Source: Takakia lepidozioides
Taxonomy: Eukaryota > Plantae > Bryophyta
NCBI GenBank assembly: GCA_030704615.1
Contig: CM060732.1
Span: forward strand, 3,038,001 to 3,102,000
DNA length: 64,000 bases
Reading direction: 5' to 3'
Shown here: positions 35,375 through 47,150 of the stretch, in pieces
Position numbering within the stretch: the stretch's first letter is position 1
Layout of the letters: each line of letters begins with the position of its first letter
Notes under the pieces: generated by a model
Databases searched by the model: none
What the model was told of the DNA's origin: nothing
The model's input: only the letters and a program-made list of their open reading frames with translations
Translations under genes and position numbers: made by a program

Positions 35375-38300
35375 TCAAAGAGAATTTGGCGGAGCCCTAC
35401 GTGAGGTGTCCCGCTGCAGAAGGGTGATTACTTCTCCGTAGCCTAGTGTGGCTTGGTGAATGAATTGGTCTCTCTTACCGTCGCAGCACATAATTACAAG
35501 GTATATGTAATATTGATGCTTGCAGGGGACCCACTTCCCTCTCATGCCGAGAGCGCCCTCACGCATCGTTACAAAATCCGGACAAGTGCACGTAGGGAAA
35601 TTCCCCACGGTAACCTGATATTCTTTGTCATGAAGAACTGAGCCAATAGACAGCACTATGTAAATCCGTCCATACCCCAGGGTAGGGACTTCGGTGATAC
35701 GAGTCACCCGAACCTGCAAAATTCTAGCCGATTCCATCTTGCATTTGTGATCTGCACCCAAAGCGACACGGCGCACTGTTTTTCCATCTCTTTTTGTTGG
35801 GTGGGAGTTGGCACCGGGTGGAGGCATTGCCGGAGCATGTGGCACATCTGTGCCGACAGTGCATGCGGGCACCACCCGGGACCGTGCAAGACAGAACCCT
35901 CCCTCCTCCAGCATGCTTATCTCGGTTGATGACAGCGACGTCCCAAGTTTCACAGGCCAAATTGCGGGGGGAGGGGGCTTCATTATCACCGAAGGACGAA
36001 CTGTTCCCTTGACGCATCGTGCCATATCGTCTGGGCAGAACCAAAACTTGTGGTCCTTTGACTCCCCACTATGATAAGGTCGGAACAACCCTATGAACGT
36101 TGGAGCTGGAGTCCCCCTGGAGCATTTGCATATTTTTTATTTGCATTTCTTGAAAGAGGGGGTCCGAATTGCCATGCAAGCCACTCTAGATCCTGGTGGG
36201 GTGCGTTCTATGTGCCACTCACTATCAATGCAATCAGATTCATGCACCATGGCCACCACCTCCTACAATGGGATTCCTGCTGCTATGCTTGCATGATCTG
36301 CACCTGCTCCACTGGAGGAGGACCCACCTGGGAAGGGGTGGGCACATGACTTAGTCTGCACTGGAGACACCCTTGGTACAGAGAAATTGACCCTGTCCGG
36401 CCGATGGGAATCTCCATCCGACCCTGGAGGAGTGTTCAATTTCCTTTTGCATGATCCAAATCTTTCCTCGCCTTCCAAATGGGGGAGCGTGGATTGCAAA
36501 GGGGAGCCTTCAGTGCACCTGTTCAGAGCTCTGGCAATCTTCGATGGGTCTCCGGACCTACTTGTAGCCCTTAGCATCAACAAAGTTGTATCAGGGCCCT
36601 TGCCTCCGCCCCGTCCCATCAGAAAATTGCGGTACCTGGTTTGTTGTGTAAGTGCCCGCACCATGTCATCATCATTGGCCACATACAAGTCACATCTTGC
36701 TTTGGTAGACTGCTGCATCCAGGCATTGTGAATAGTCTCCGCCAAATTACAGGATGGCATGTCAGCCAAGTCCTCCAAGGACATGTCCTGCAGAAGGCAT
36801 TGCATGGAAATGTGAGGAACGAAAGGAAATGGAAGAGGTTCTGCAAGTGACAATCCAACAACCCCAAATGAACAGGCATGATGCAAAGTGAAATTTGTGT
36901 TTCTGGGATTGAAGAGGCTTACCGTCGTCATGAAAGCTCCCCACTGTCTGTACCTGAAGTGCCAGAAAACCAACCAGTCCTCCAACTCCTTCAGGTGGAT
37001 ACCAGTAGCAGCACCAGAGGAGAACCACCAAGCCCGGATTGCTTGGTAAGTGCTCTCAGCTTCTCCCATTGAGGTGGCATTTTTGTACTTGAGGCAGAGC
37101 CTTCTGTGCTCCAACTGAAGGTCAGGGCAAATGCAGCGCTTTGTATGACGTGCCAAAGATTGACTCCAATGGAAGAGGCATGTGCGCTCCCTATTTTCCA
37201 TTGGGACCTTAGGATCCCCCGAACCAAACACGTGCCGCACTGCATTGAAATTTGCCTGTGCACTATCAGCCATGAAGCCCACAAAATTTGTGTTCTGTAT
37301 TCCATTGCTCTGCATGACGGCTAGGAGCGAATTCCACATGAGCATCTGGGATTCAGTGTCCTCCGACTACATATCACAAATTGCTATGGAGAGCACACGT
37401 TGGTACGCTGGATCGTACACATGGCACGCCATGGTTGTCCAACCCTTCACCCGTTTGCAGTGATCAAACATTAACCAACATTTTGTCAAATCTCCTCCAG
37501 GTTGCATTCGGCGGACAATGCTCACACCACTGCCTTTGCCCACTGTGGACATCTTGAACAAATACACCTTGGACGAGCCTTGGCCAGGGAAGATACTGTT
37601 TTGAATGAATTCATAGCGACTCCTCCGTTTGAGGTCCATAATGTTGTCCATGAATCCAGCAGTGCCCTGTGCCCATTCTGAGTGCATTCACCTGGTTTCG
37701 AATATTGGGAGAGCTCAACACGGAGAAATGGTCCATCACTGCCTCAAGCGAATCTGCATCAGCATTGGTTGTGTCGCATCTCTTTCACCCAGTATGTGTT
37801 TTTCCAGGAATGCCTTGCTAGCTGCAAGCGCTATAGTAGAAGGTGTTGCACAAGGGGCATTGTGGAACTCCCACTTCAGCAGATTTCTAGCGATGTCCAC
37901 ACTATCCCTGCAACTTCTTTTGGACACAGGATGCTCGTGTGTACCCATATGAATGCAAGCACGAGACATTGTCTTGCATCGGTGTGCCACCTGGTACATA
38001 CGAGCGTGGCACACGGAAACACAAGACGGGGAAAGTTTGCAGAACCTACACACAAAAGTATTGGTCTTGGGAAGGGCAAGCCCTAGGGTGAAAGGATTCA
38101 GGGGCACACCTTCCCACTCACTTTCGTTTGGTTTAGCGCTGTTTCTCATGCGAGGGCAAGAAATATTCACGCACTTACAATGCCCAACGCAGACCGACCT
38201 TCGAAATTTCAATCCAATGTCGTTGTGGATGTTCGACGTTTTTGTCCTGCACCAAGGGTGTCCGTCATGTTTCTTGTCCATGCCCTGCAGAAGCCCAACT

Positions 38301-38944
38301 AGTCCACTGGAAGACGTGGGAGGGTTGAGCTCAAACAAGATGTCCCCATCAAACTCTGCTGGCACGTATTGAACCCGCTGCACACGAAGGGACTCCCAAT
38401 CAACAAAACGCAGCTCGCTCTTGCACCCAGGCACCCCTGCGAGGGCTTTCAATTTCGGAATGACACTCGTTATCTCCTGCAACTCGTCATCATCCAAGAA
38501 TGGAGTCTGCATTGGCATAGGAATCTCAGAAACATCCTCGGAGGACGAGTCTGAAAGAGTCACGAATGTAATGGATGTGCTCACCTCTTGTTTCACATGA
38601 CCTGTGTCCTTCTGCTGCACGACCGATGCTGCAGTGCCAGGGGTAACTACTGATCCTGTTGATTGTCTTCTGTCTTTTCCAAGGACCTGGTATGTGCCTG
38701 GAAGGACTCTCCACTTCCTTCCACACTCGCCAACCAATGGTTTCTCCAAGTGCCCAGAATCCAAATTCCCATCCTCATCATACACCTCTTTTTGAACAAG
38801 CAGAGAACCCAATTCCAGAGGGAACACTGTAACCAGCTCATCCTCATGAACAACTGCAAACCCATCGTCATCTACAGTGGCAGCTAGTGGAAGACTACCT
38901 GCATTGGAATGACATTGAGCGAGTCTATCTCGCTCCCTGGACAT
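35375..38944 (-). pseudogene. MULE transposase of element B (paralog of A, several frameshifts)
   Basis: Same motifs as A (GMDKKHDGHPWCRTKTSNI, FDHCKRV, FMADSAQANFNA, TCLFHWSQ, CNLAETIHN, CTCPDF...PCKH) and the same intron position (36788-36922). Confidence 0.88.
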
Positions 38945-39774
38945 GTTTTCGTACACTGACAGAAAGTTGCGATTCACAAAGGAATCCCCGAACTGATAGC
39001 CCGTAATTCTCGAAAGGGGATCCACCCCAAACAAACTGAGGTCAAAAAGGGTAGCACTGACCCAAAGACTGCGGGCGATGCATGCAAAGGATGTAGGAAT
39101 GACATGCACCGAACTTCGCAGACAGCCACACTGAGAGACACCAACCAGAAAAACTGTTTTCTAAGACAAGAAACCACAAGAAGCCGTGCTGTATTTGGAT
39201 GAAAAACAAACCCTGAACATGACATAAAATCATCCATTATGGAAAGACGGCAACAACCCTGGAGAGCAGTAAAGAGGAAGACCCCGAATCTAATGAGGTT
39301 GTGCTGTGCCAGAAGAGCACAGCACAAACACTGACACTCCGGGAGACACCTCGCATGAGTGTGTGCAACACATGACCATTGCCGACACAATCCTTTATAC
39401 CGAATGACCCCATTGCGACGGTGACGGCGAATTGCAAACTGCAGGATAGGCAGTACAACACACATAGACGCATATGTGAAGCATAACAATTATTGCGAAT
39501 CTGCAAGTACTGTTGGAAATTGAACTAGCATTAGATTTCTACGGCACTTCCGAATTTCAAAGAATGCAAGAAGGCTGTCATGTATTGGCAGGCGGCGAAG
39601 TACATCTGACATATATCACAAGTACATGCAACGGATCTACTTTTTTTCCACCACTTTATTTCTTGGATAATACAAAGACGCCGAAATGGATGAATTCCGT
39701 TCGCACACAATGATGACACCCGCATCCAAATACGATTAACAATGTCCAATTTTTACTTTGGTTACATGCCATAG

Positions 39775-42700
39775 CAACACTTGTTGCAAATGTCAAACTG
39801 GAGAGCTCCAGAGGAGGCGTGGGGAGCCCTTGTTTCCATCGGAGGAGGAAGAGAAGGAAGTCGTTATACTTCACGAGCACTAGGGACAGGAATAGAGCCA
39901 GATATAGAATGAGGATGGAAAGAGTAGACGAAGAGAAAAAGGAGGAAGTAGAGGGCAAAGAGGAAAGTCTGGCGATGGAAGAGCAGGAATCTAGAGAAGA
40001 ACAACAACCCGCCATACTTCCAAGAACAGGTGAGGAGGAGACTGAATCCGAGGGAGAGACGGACGCCGAAGATGATATTGATGCTGGCCTCAGGAAGAAC
40101 CAGATAGTGGAAAAGAGGATGGGGGAGATGCTCCAGAACATGCTTGGCGTAGAGAGCAGTCCGAAGCGCAAAGGGTCTCCGGCGATTGGGGAGTCTTCTG
40201 GAGCAGCCAAAAAAAAGGTACAATGTTTGAGACCGATCTTTGTGCTTCATTGGTGATGTGAACCCCAGTTGTGCTTGTATTTTGATATGAAAACCACCTA
40301 TACACGGCATCTTTGGCAGAATGAATCCACCCCGAATTGGAAGCTCAAACAGTGTGCGGCAACGCACACTGTTTGAGCCCCCCATTTTGCTTGTTTTTTG
40401 ATGTGCAAATCGGCCAGATAGGGTCACTATGGCAGGTTCGATCCACCCCGAATTGGAAGCTCAAACAGTGTGCGGCACCACACACTGCTTGAGCCCCCCA
40501 TTTTGCTTGTTTTTTCATGTTCAAAACGGCCACATAGGGCCACTATGGTAGGTTGAATCCACCCCAAGTTGGAAGCTCAAACAGTGTCCGGCACCGCAAC
40601 TGTTTGAGCCCCCCATTTTGCTTGATTTTTCATGTTCAAAACGGCCACATAGGGCCACTGTGGTAGGTTCAATCCACCCCGAATTGGAACCTCAAACAGT
40701 GTGCGGCACCGCACACTGTTTGAGCCCCCCATTTTGCTTGTTTTTTCATGTTCAAAACGGCCACATAGGGCCACTCTGGCATGTTCAATCCACCTCGAAT
40801 TGGAAGCTCAAACAGTGTGCGTCAACGCACACTGTTTGAGCCCCCCTTGTGCCTTGTTTTTTGGTGTGGAAATGGTGCACACAGGGGCCTCTCTATCTGG
40901 TTCAATCCACCCCTAATTCAAAGCTCAAACAGTGTGTGCCAACGCACACTGTTCCAGCCCCCCTTCTCACTGCTTTTTTCATAATAAAATCGTCCAGACA
41001 GGGTATCTCTATGAGGTTCAATCAACAATTTCCTGGCAGCTCCAGCAGTGTGCATCAACGCACACTGTTTGAGCCCACCTTGTCATTGTTTTTTTCATCT
41101 GAAAATCAGCCACATAGGGCCAGTTTGCCAGGTTCAATGCACACTTACCTGGCAGCTCAAACAATGTGCGTCAACGCACATTGTTTGAGCCCACCTTGTC
41201 ATTGTTTTTTTCATGTGAAAATCGGCCACATAGGGCCAGTCTGCCAGGTTCAATGCACACTTCCCTGGCAGCTCAAACAGTGTGCGTCAACGCACACTGT
41301 TTGAGCCCACCTTGTCATTGTTTTTTTCATGTGAAAATCGGCCACATAGGGCCAGTCTGCCAGGTTCAATGCACACTTACCTGCCAGCTCAAACAGTGTG
41401 CGTCAACACACACTGTTTGAGCCCACCTTGTCATTGTTTTTTTCATGTGAAAATCGGCCACATAGGGCCAGTCTTGCAGGTTCAATGCACAGTTACCTGG
41501 CAGCTCAAAAAGTGTGCGTCAACGCACACTGTTTGAGCCCACCTTGTCATTGTTTTTTTCATGTGAAAATCGGCCACATAGGGCCACTCTGGCAAGTTGA
41601 ATCCACCCCGAATTGGAAGCTCAAACAGTGTGCGGCACCGCACACTATTTGAGCCCCCCATTTTGCTTGTTTTTTCATGTTCAAAACGGCCACATAGGGC
41701 CACTCTGGCAGGTTCAATCCACCCCGAATTGGAAGCTCAAATAGCGTGCGTCAACGCACATTGTTTGAGCCCCCCTTGTGCCTTGTTTTTTGGAGTGGAA
41801 ATGGTGCACACAGGGGCCTCTTTGTTTGGTTCAATCCACCCCTAATTCGAAGCTCAAACAGTGTGCGCCAACGCACACTGTTTGAGCCCCCCTTCTCATT
41901 GTTTTTTTCATAATAAAATCGTCCAGACAGGGTATCTCTGTGAGGTTCAATGAACAATTTCATGGTATCTCAAACAGTGTGCGCCAACGCACACTGTTTG
42001 AGCCCCCCTTCTCATTGTTTATTTCATAATAAAATTGTCCAGACAGGGTAACTCTGTGAGGTTCAATCCACACTAACTTGGCAGCTCAAACAGTGTGCGT
42101 CAACGCACACTGTTTGAGCCCCCCTTGTAATTGTTTCTTGAATGTGAAAATCGTGCACACAGTCGCCTCTCTATAGGGTTCATTCCACCCCTTTTCGGAA
42201 GCTCAAACAGTGTGTGGCATTGCACACTGTTTGAGCCCACACTTGACATTATTTTTTCATTTTAGAATGGACCACAAAGGTCATCTCTGTCAGGTTCAAT
42301 TCACACTTACCTGGCAGCCCAAACAGTGTACGTCAACGCACACTTTTTGAGCCCCCTGATTTGCTTGTTTTTTGACATGGAAATTGTGCACCTAGGGCTA
42401 GTCTGGCAGGTTGAATCCACCCCGAAATGGAAGCTCAAATAGTGTGCGGCAACGCACACTATTTGAGCCCCCTTCACTGACTTTTCTTTTATTTCAAAAT
42501 CGGCCACTCATGGACACTATGCCATGCTAAAATCACCCCTTATTGCAAGCTCAAACAGTGTGCGGCAACGCACACTGTTTGAGCCCCCTTGTCTGCTTGT
42601 TTTTTGTTGTGGGCACCTAGGGCCACTCTGGCAGGTTGAAACGAACCTTTATTGGAAGCTCAAATAGTGTGCGGCAACGCACACTGTTTGAGCCCCCTCT

Positions 42701-43272
42701 CTGCTTGTTTTTCTATGCGAAATTGGGCCAAACAGGGCCAGTATGCATGCTCAAAACACCCATAGTTGGTAGCACGAAGAGTGTACGGCAACGCACACTG
42801 TTTGTGCCCCCTTTTTGGCCCCCTCTCTGCCTGTTTTTTTGGTGGAAATGTGCCACATAGGGCCAAATATCATGTTCAAAACACCACTATTTGGAAGCTG
42901 AAACATTGTGCGGCAACGCACAGTATTTTTGGCCCCCACACTGCTTGTTTTCTGATGAGAAATTGGGCCACATAGGGCCTGTCTGCCATGCTCAAAACAC
43001 CATCGTTTCATGCCTCTCTCTTATATCAATTTGAATGAACAACTCTGCAGGAGAAGATGCAAAGTGTGGCGGATGAGATCCCTTCGGGGCAGGGGAAGGA
43101 GATCATTGTTGATGTGGACAATGAGTTCTATGAAAGCAAAGCTGCTGAGATGCTGGGGGGTCAGAAGGTAAACTCTCAGCTTGTGGTGCAAAGTATGCTT
43201 GCCCCGGGTGGGAGGTTGAAGATTCCCCTGTGTAGGTTGGTTTCCATGCCCGTCGTTCGTCCACCCCTCATA
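39775..43272 (+). pseudogene. 5' part of ParB-MTase cargo gene B (exon ~39775-40217; exon 43051-43272, truncated inside the ParB domain)
   Basis: RKRRKSLYFTS and QKVNSQ...GGRLKIPLCRLVSMPVVRPPL match exons 1-2 of gene A. Confidence 0.82.
40306..42975. repeat. ~23 x ~116-bp tandem repeat, each unit with a 36-bp palindrome GCTCAAACAGTGTGCG-N4-CGCACACTGTTTGAGC; fills intron 1 of cargo gene B
   Basis: Counted directly: palindromes run from ~40343 to ~42897 with a ~116-bp period. Confidence 0.95.
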
Positions 43273-45464
43273 TCAAGTGGTACAGTCATCAGAATCAGTA
43301 TCGACCTCCTGTGCTATGTCATCCACAAAGATTCCGGCCCCAACACCACGTCTTCTACCACGGCTGTCGATGGTTGGACTGCGAGTGCCATGAATGGACA
43401 TGCTTGCTACGAGTGCCTCCGCATAGACAGGTAGGACGTAAGACTGAGGAGGACTTGAAAGAAGTCCAAAAAGGTGTGATAGCCCTGGAGGGTCAGTGGA
43501 AGCACGCGGACTCCTGCACAAGTGGACAAAAACCAATTTTGAACACAATGATGCAATGCACAAGTCCAACGAAGAGGATATCTCCCATGTGCACTTTGCC
43601 TTAAGAACAAATGATTATGGGTATTGAAACAACAATGCAAGCATCCACAGGTTGAACTTACTCACAGGCAAAGTCGTCATCCAGCTCCTTGTCGGAAGTC
43701 TTCCATGTATCAATATTAGCGGGTAGGGGCTTCGGAAGGACTTGAGAAGTGTGTCCACCCAAACCCATCAGGAGGTTCTTGTAAATCTCGGCATCCCCTT
43801 CAATCCCAAAGAGATGTCGCGCACTGGCCTTGCAAGCGTGGTAGGAGGCACCTGCAGTGGAATACAATGAAGGAAACAGACATTGAAGACACATTTGGAA
43901 CGGTGGGAAGAGCTGAAAGTGCAAGGTCAAACAAACCTCACGAAATGTGAATGTTGAAGAGACGAACCTGTGCCCATTGACAAATCCAGAACTCTGGCGT
44001 CTGTGTAGGTGCAGCACTCCACAATTGTCTGAATGAAAGCCGGGCTCCTCTCCCTGACCCCTCTCCAAGGAACCCCATTCCCCCTTTGCAAGCACACGTT
44101 GTTGTCCACGTAGTTGTGGTGCATGTCATCCGTGGGAGGATCTGTCCTCTCGTCTATGAACTTGCCCCCATGAGTGATGGCAAACTCCCTAATGAGGGCT
44201 GGAGTCGTAGGTGGATGCACTCGGACGAGACAAACAGCTTCAAACAAACGAGTCTGCGAATAGGACATACACAAGGAACTAAGAAGCTTGAAAACCAGGC
44301 CCCTACATATTCATTTGAGCGACTTATGCAACTCCATCCGAGAACCACCAAGAAGAGGAATAAGAAGGCACATTTACCATCTCTTCGGGACGATCCCCCT
44401 TCGTCAGGTACATGGTGTTCACACAATTCCATGTCTTCACGACCCTCATACCGGAGGCTTTCAAATAGCTGGCGAGTGCACGGCGACAGCGAAGGTCGAT
44501 GGACTGGATGAGCACCAAAACCCTGCATCGGACAAAAAGAAATTGCAAAAGGAGAAAATCCACCGCCAGTAGCGCTCATCAAAAGCATTCCAACCTGGAC
44601 AAGCACCCGATGGAGGGACATCCGGGACTGGCAACCCATCATGGATGTCCAAGATGATGAGTTCGGCTGCATATGGCTTCTCCTTCTCGTTCACCCAGGA
44701 TTTGGTCATTTTAGCCTGCAAACAAGCACGCAATGGAATGCTCAAGAGGATTGAAACGATCCATGCACACAACAGATAAGAAGCAAAAGACAACACGCAC
44801 CGTGCCGAGGAACTCCACAATCCTCTCCCACACTGGTGATGGTTCGCCCTTGCAATCAGATTTCTTGGACTCCATCATGGCAAGGAACCCGATGTTGGCC
44901 ATCTCCAACCTGGAAGGGCGAATGACCCTCGTGGGATGGTCCACTGCATGGTACGGGTCTTTGGGATCAACCACCCCCTTGTTCTTTCTCCCGGATCCCC
45001 TACCATGCGGTGGAGTCTGCTGGACAACCACCAGAGGGCCAGTATCTGCAACACTTCCCTGCCCACCTACTTGCCCTTGTGCCCCCTTCCCCCTACCCCT
45101 TCCTTTCCCCACACCACCAGCAACATCCTTTCCCTTTGCCTTTCTACCTTTACCCGGTGTATCCTGCGCGGGAGGCTCTTTCTCTGCAAGAGTCCTCAAA
45201 TTTCTCTCATGAATGTCGAGATCAGCTGCTGCGGCGGTAGCTGCTATACGCTCATTCTCTCTCCTCAAAGACACCTCCTGAGCTGGGGTCTCTGAAGCAG
45301 GGCAATCCAAATACGAACCACAAGCAGAAAGATGGTCTAGGCCCCAGTCATGCAAGATCCCCGTAGTAAACATGGTCTGGTTGCCAGCAGGGACAAGCCA
45401 AAGGTCCACGAAATCAGGATGTTTGTCCAAGCAGTTCTCTGCCATGAGAACATACTTTATGTAC
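43273..45464 (-). pseudogene. 3' (methyltransferase) half of cargo gene B, inverted
   Basis: Exons homologous to A exons 6-10: YIKYVLM...GSYLDCP; ELIILDIHDG...WNAFDERYW; RERSPAFIQ...VLDLSMGTG|ASYHAC...GIEGD; YVLPVYAEA. There is a frameshift near 44520. Confidence 0.82.
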
Positions 45465-46649
45465 CTGCAGGAACAGAGACAACCTCATTATGCAATGCAA
45501 ATATTGTCTCCCAGCTTTTCCACCCCATCACGAAGACCCCCTAAAAGAGTATGCGACACATTACACTCCACCACAAACTCATATGAGCCAGCCAAAAACA
45601 GGTTGGATGGAGGAGATTGTGTCTATGCAAAACAAAGAAGGACTCCATTGGAGAGACGTATACTCCTGAAGGAGTGTGCTCCTCTTCTCCATTGTATGGG
45701 GACATTCGCATTGGTGTGGACGACAAAAACGTGAAGCTTTCCATATTCGATGGTGGTATGATTGAAGGGCACGACTTTGTGGTGAACATTAACAGGGGCG
45801 GTACAACGGCTGCAATCCAGTTTACCTGGAGGAGCCCGATGACTCATGAGCTAGTTCTCAGAGCAGTCAAAGTCCCATTGACAACGTGACTTGTATTCAG
45901 AAGGCACAGGGCTAAAGATTTGTTTGCACAATCAGCACAATAGACGTGCTTCAAATGCAATTCATGTGGATCAATAAAAACCCCATAGTGCCGTCTTTTT
46001 GTTCTATTTTGTATCCATCGTTCCCAGAATGCATCATTCCTCATTTCGTTTGGGATTGGGAGTGTAGGTGGATTTTGCAAGTGGTTGGTAGGCTGAAATG
46101 GGCCCCCATTGTACAGAGCAGTACCACCCTACCATTCGCGAAACATTGCCTTTCAATATGTAATTGCCGAACCTCCTTCATCGGGAGGTCCTTCTCCCCC
46201 TATGACCGTGACACCCTAAACCCTATTCCCGCGAACACTCATTTCCGGAAAATAGTACTGCTCATGTTTTTTACGACACTTATGACTCTGCTCATGGCTC
46301 ATGGCACTCATGGCTCATGGCTCATGAAATAGCAGCCCCCCCCCCCCCCTTCCCATTCCACTATGCTTTCTTTTGATATCCAATACCCTTTATTTGGTGC
46401 TAAAATCTTCAACTCTCTGATCGTTCATCCTTCCCCTCCATTCATCACCTCTCCGTTAAGGTGGCACTCCATTACGGGTTCTCCCAGAGCCGCCACTAAT
46501 TATTACGACTATCCCTTTCAGTTGCATGGTTTCCCGCTACTTCTAGCTCCTTCCTCCATTCTCCTCTCTCGTTTTCTCCCGTCTCTAGTCTTCCTTCTTT
46601 TTCACTAAGTTTCTGGCTAGGCTCGTCACCAAATATGTATCAGCTCGGA

Positions 46650-47150
46650 ACTATGGCTCCTGCTAGCAAGCCTCAGTCAAGGATACTAGGGATACTCGTT
46701 TCCCCAAGGGAGCTCAGCTGTCCCAGATGAGGCGCCCTCAACCCTCCTCCGGTACAGGGTTTTTTCTTGCGCACCAGGCACACTCCAGGTACTTCTCGGC
46801 TACTGGTTCAGTAAGGAATCCCCCCCTCCTCCTTTCATGTTTAACCCTCTCTCTCCCCCCCAGCCTCTTCTCAAAATCCCAAGGTTAAACTCGCCACTAT
46901 TGGAGGCTCAGTTGGCGCCACCGCCAGCGGAAGAATGGGCGGAAGAAACGCTGGTGTCAGGAAGTTTTGGATCAGGACTACCCCATCATAACAATGGACA
47001 TCCCGGATCTTCAAAAAAGGGTGGCTACGATGGAGGAGTTTGGTATATTGATATACTTTCCTAGGAAAAAGTCGACAGGGCTTTTGTGCGACTGGGTCAT
47101 CAGGCAATGCAATCTGATGGATGCCTTGCTGCAAACAGTGTGTGCACTAC
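46650..47150 (+). mobile_element. Possible L1-type LINE 5' end / ORF1 remnant
   Basis: A pyrimidine-rich leader, then a Pro-rich degenerate ORF ending ...DLQKRVATMEEFGILIYF...LCDWV, which resembles plant L1 ORF1 N-termini. Confidence 0.3.

Noticed and set aside
40306-42975. CRISPR array or protein-coding repeat (many short ORFs in the track)
   Set aside because: The whole unit, including the spacer, is repeated. The ORFs are by-products of the 116-bp period, and the region is bounded by splice sites of cargo gene B.
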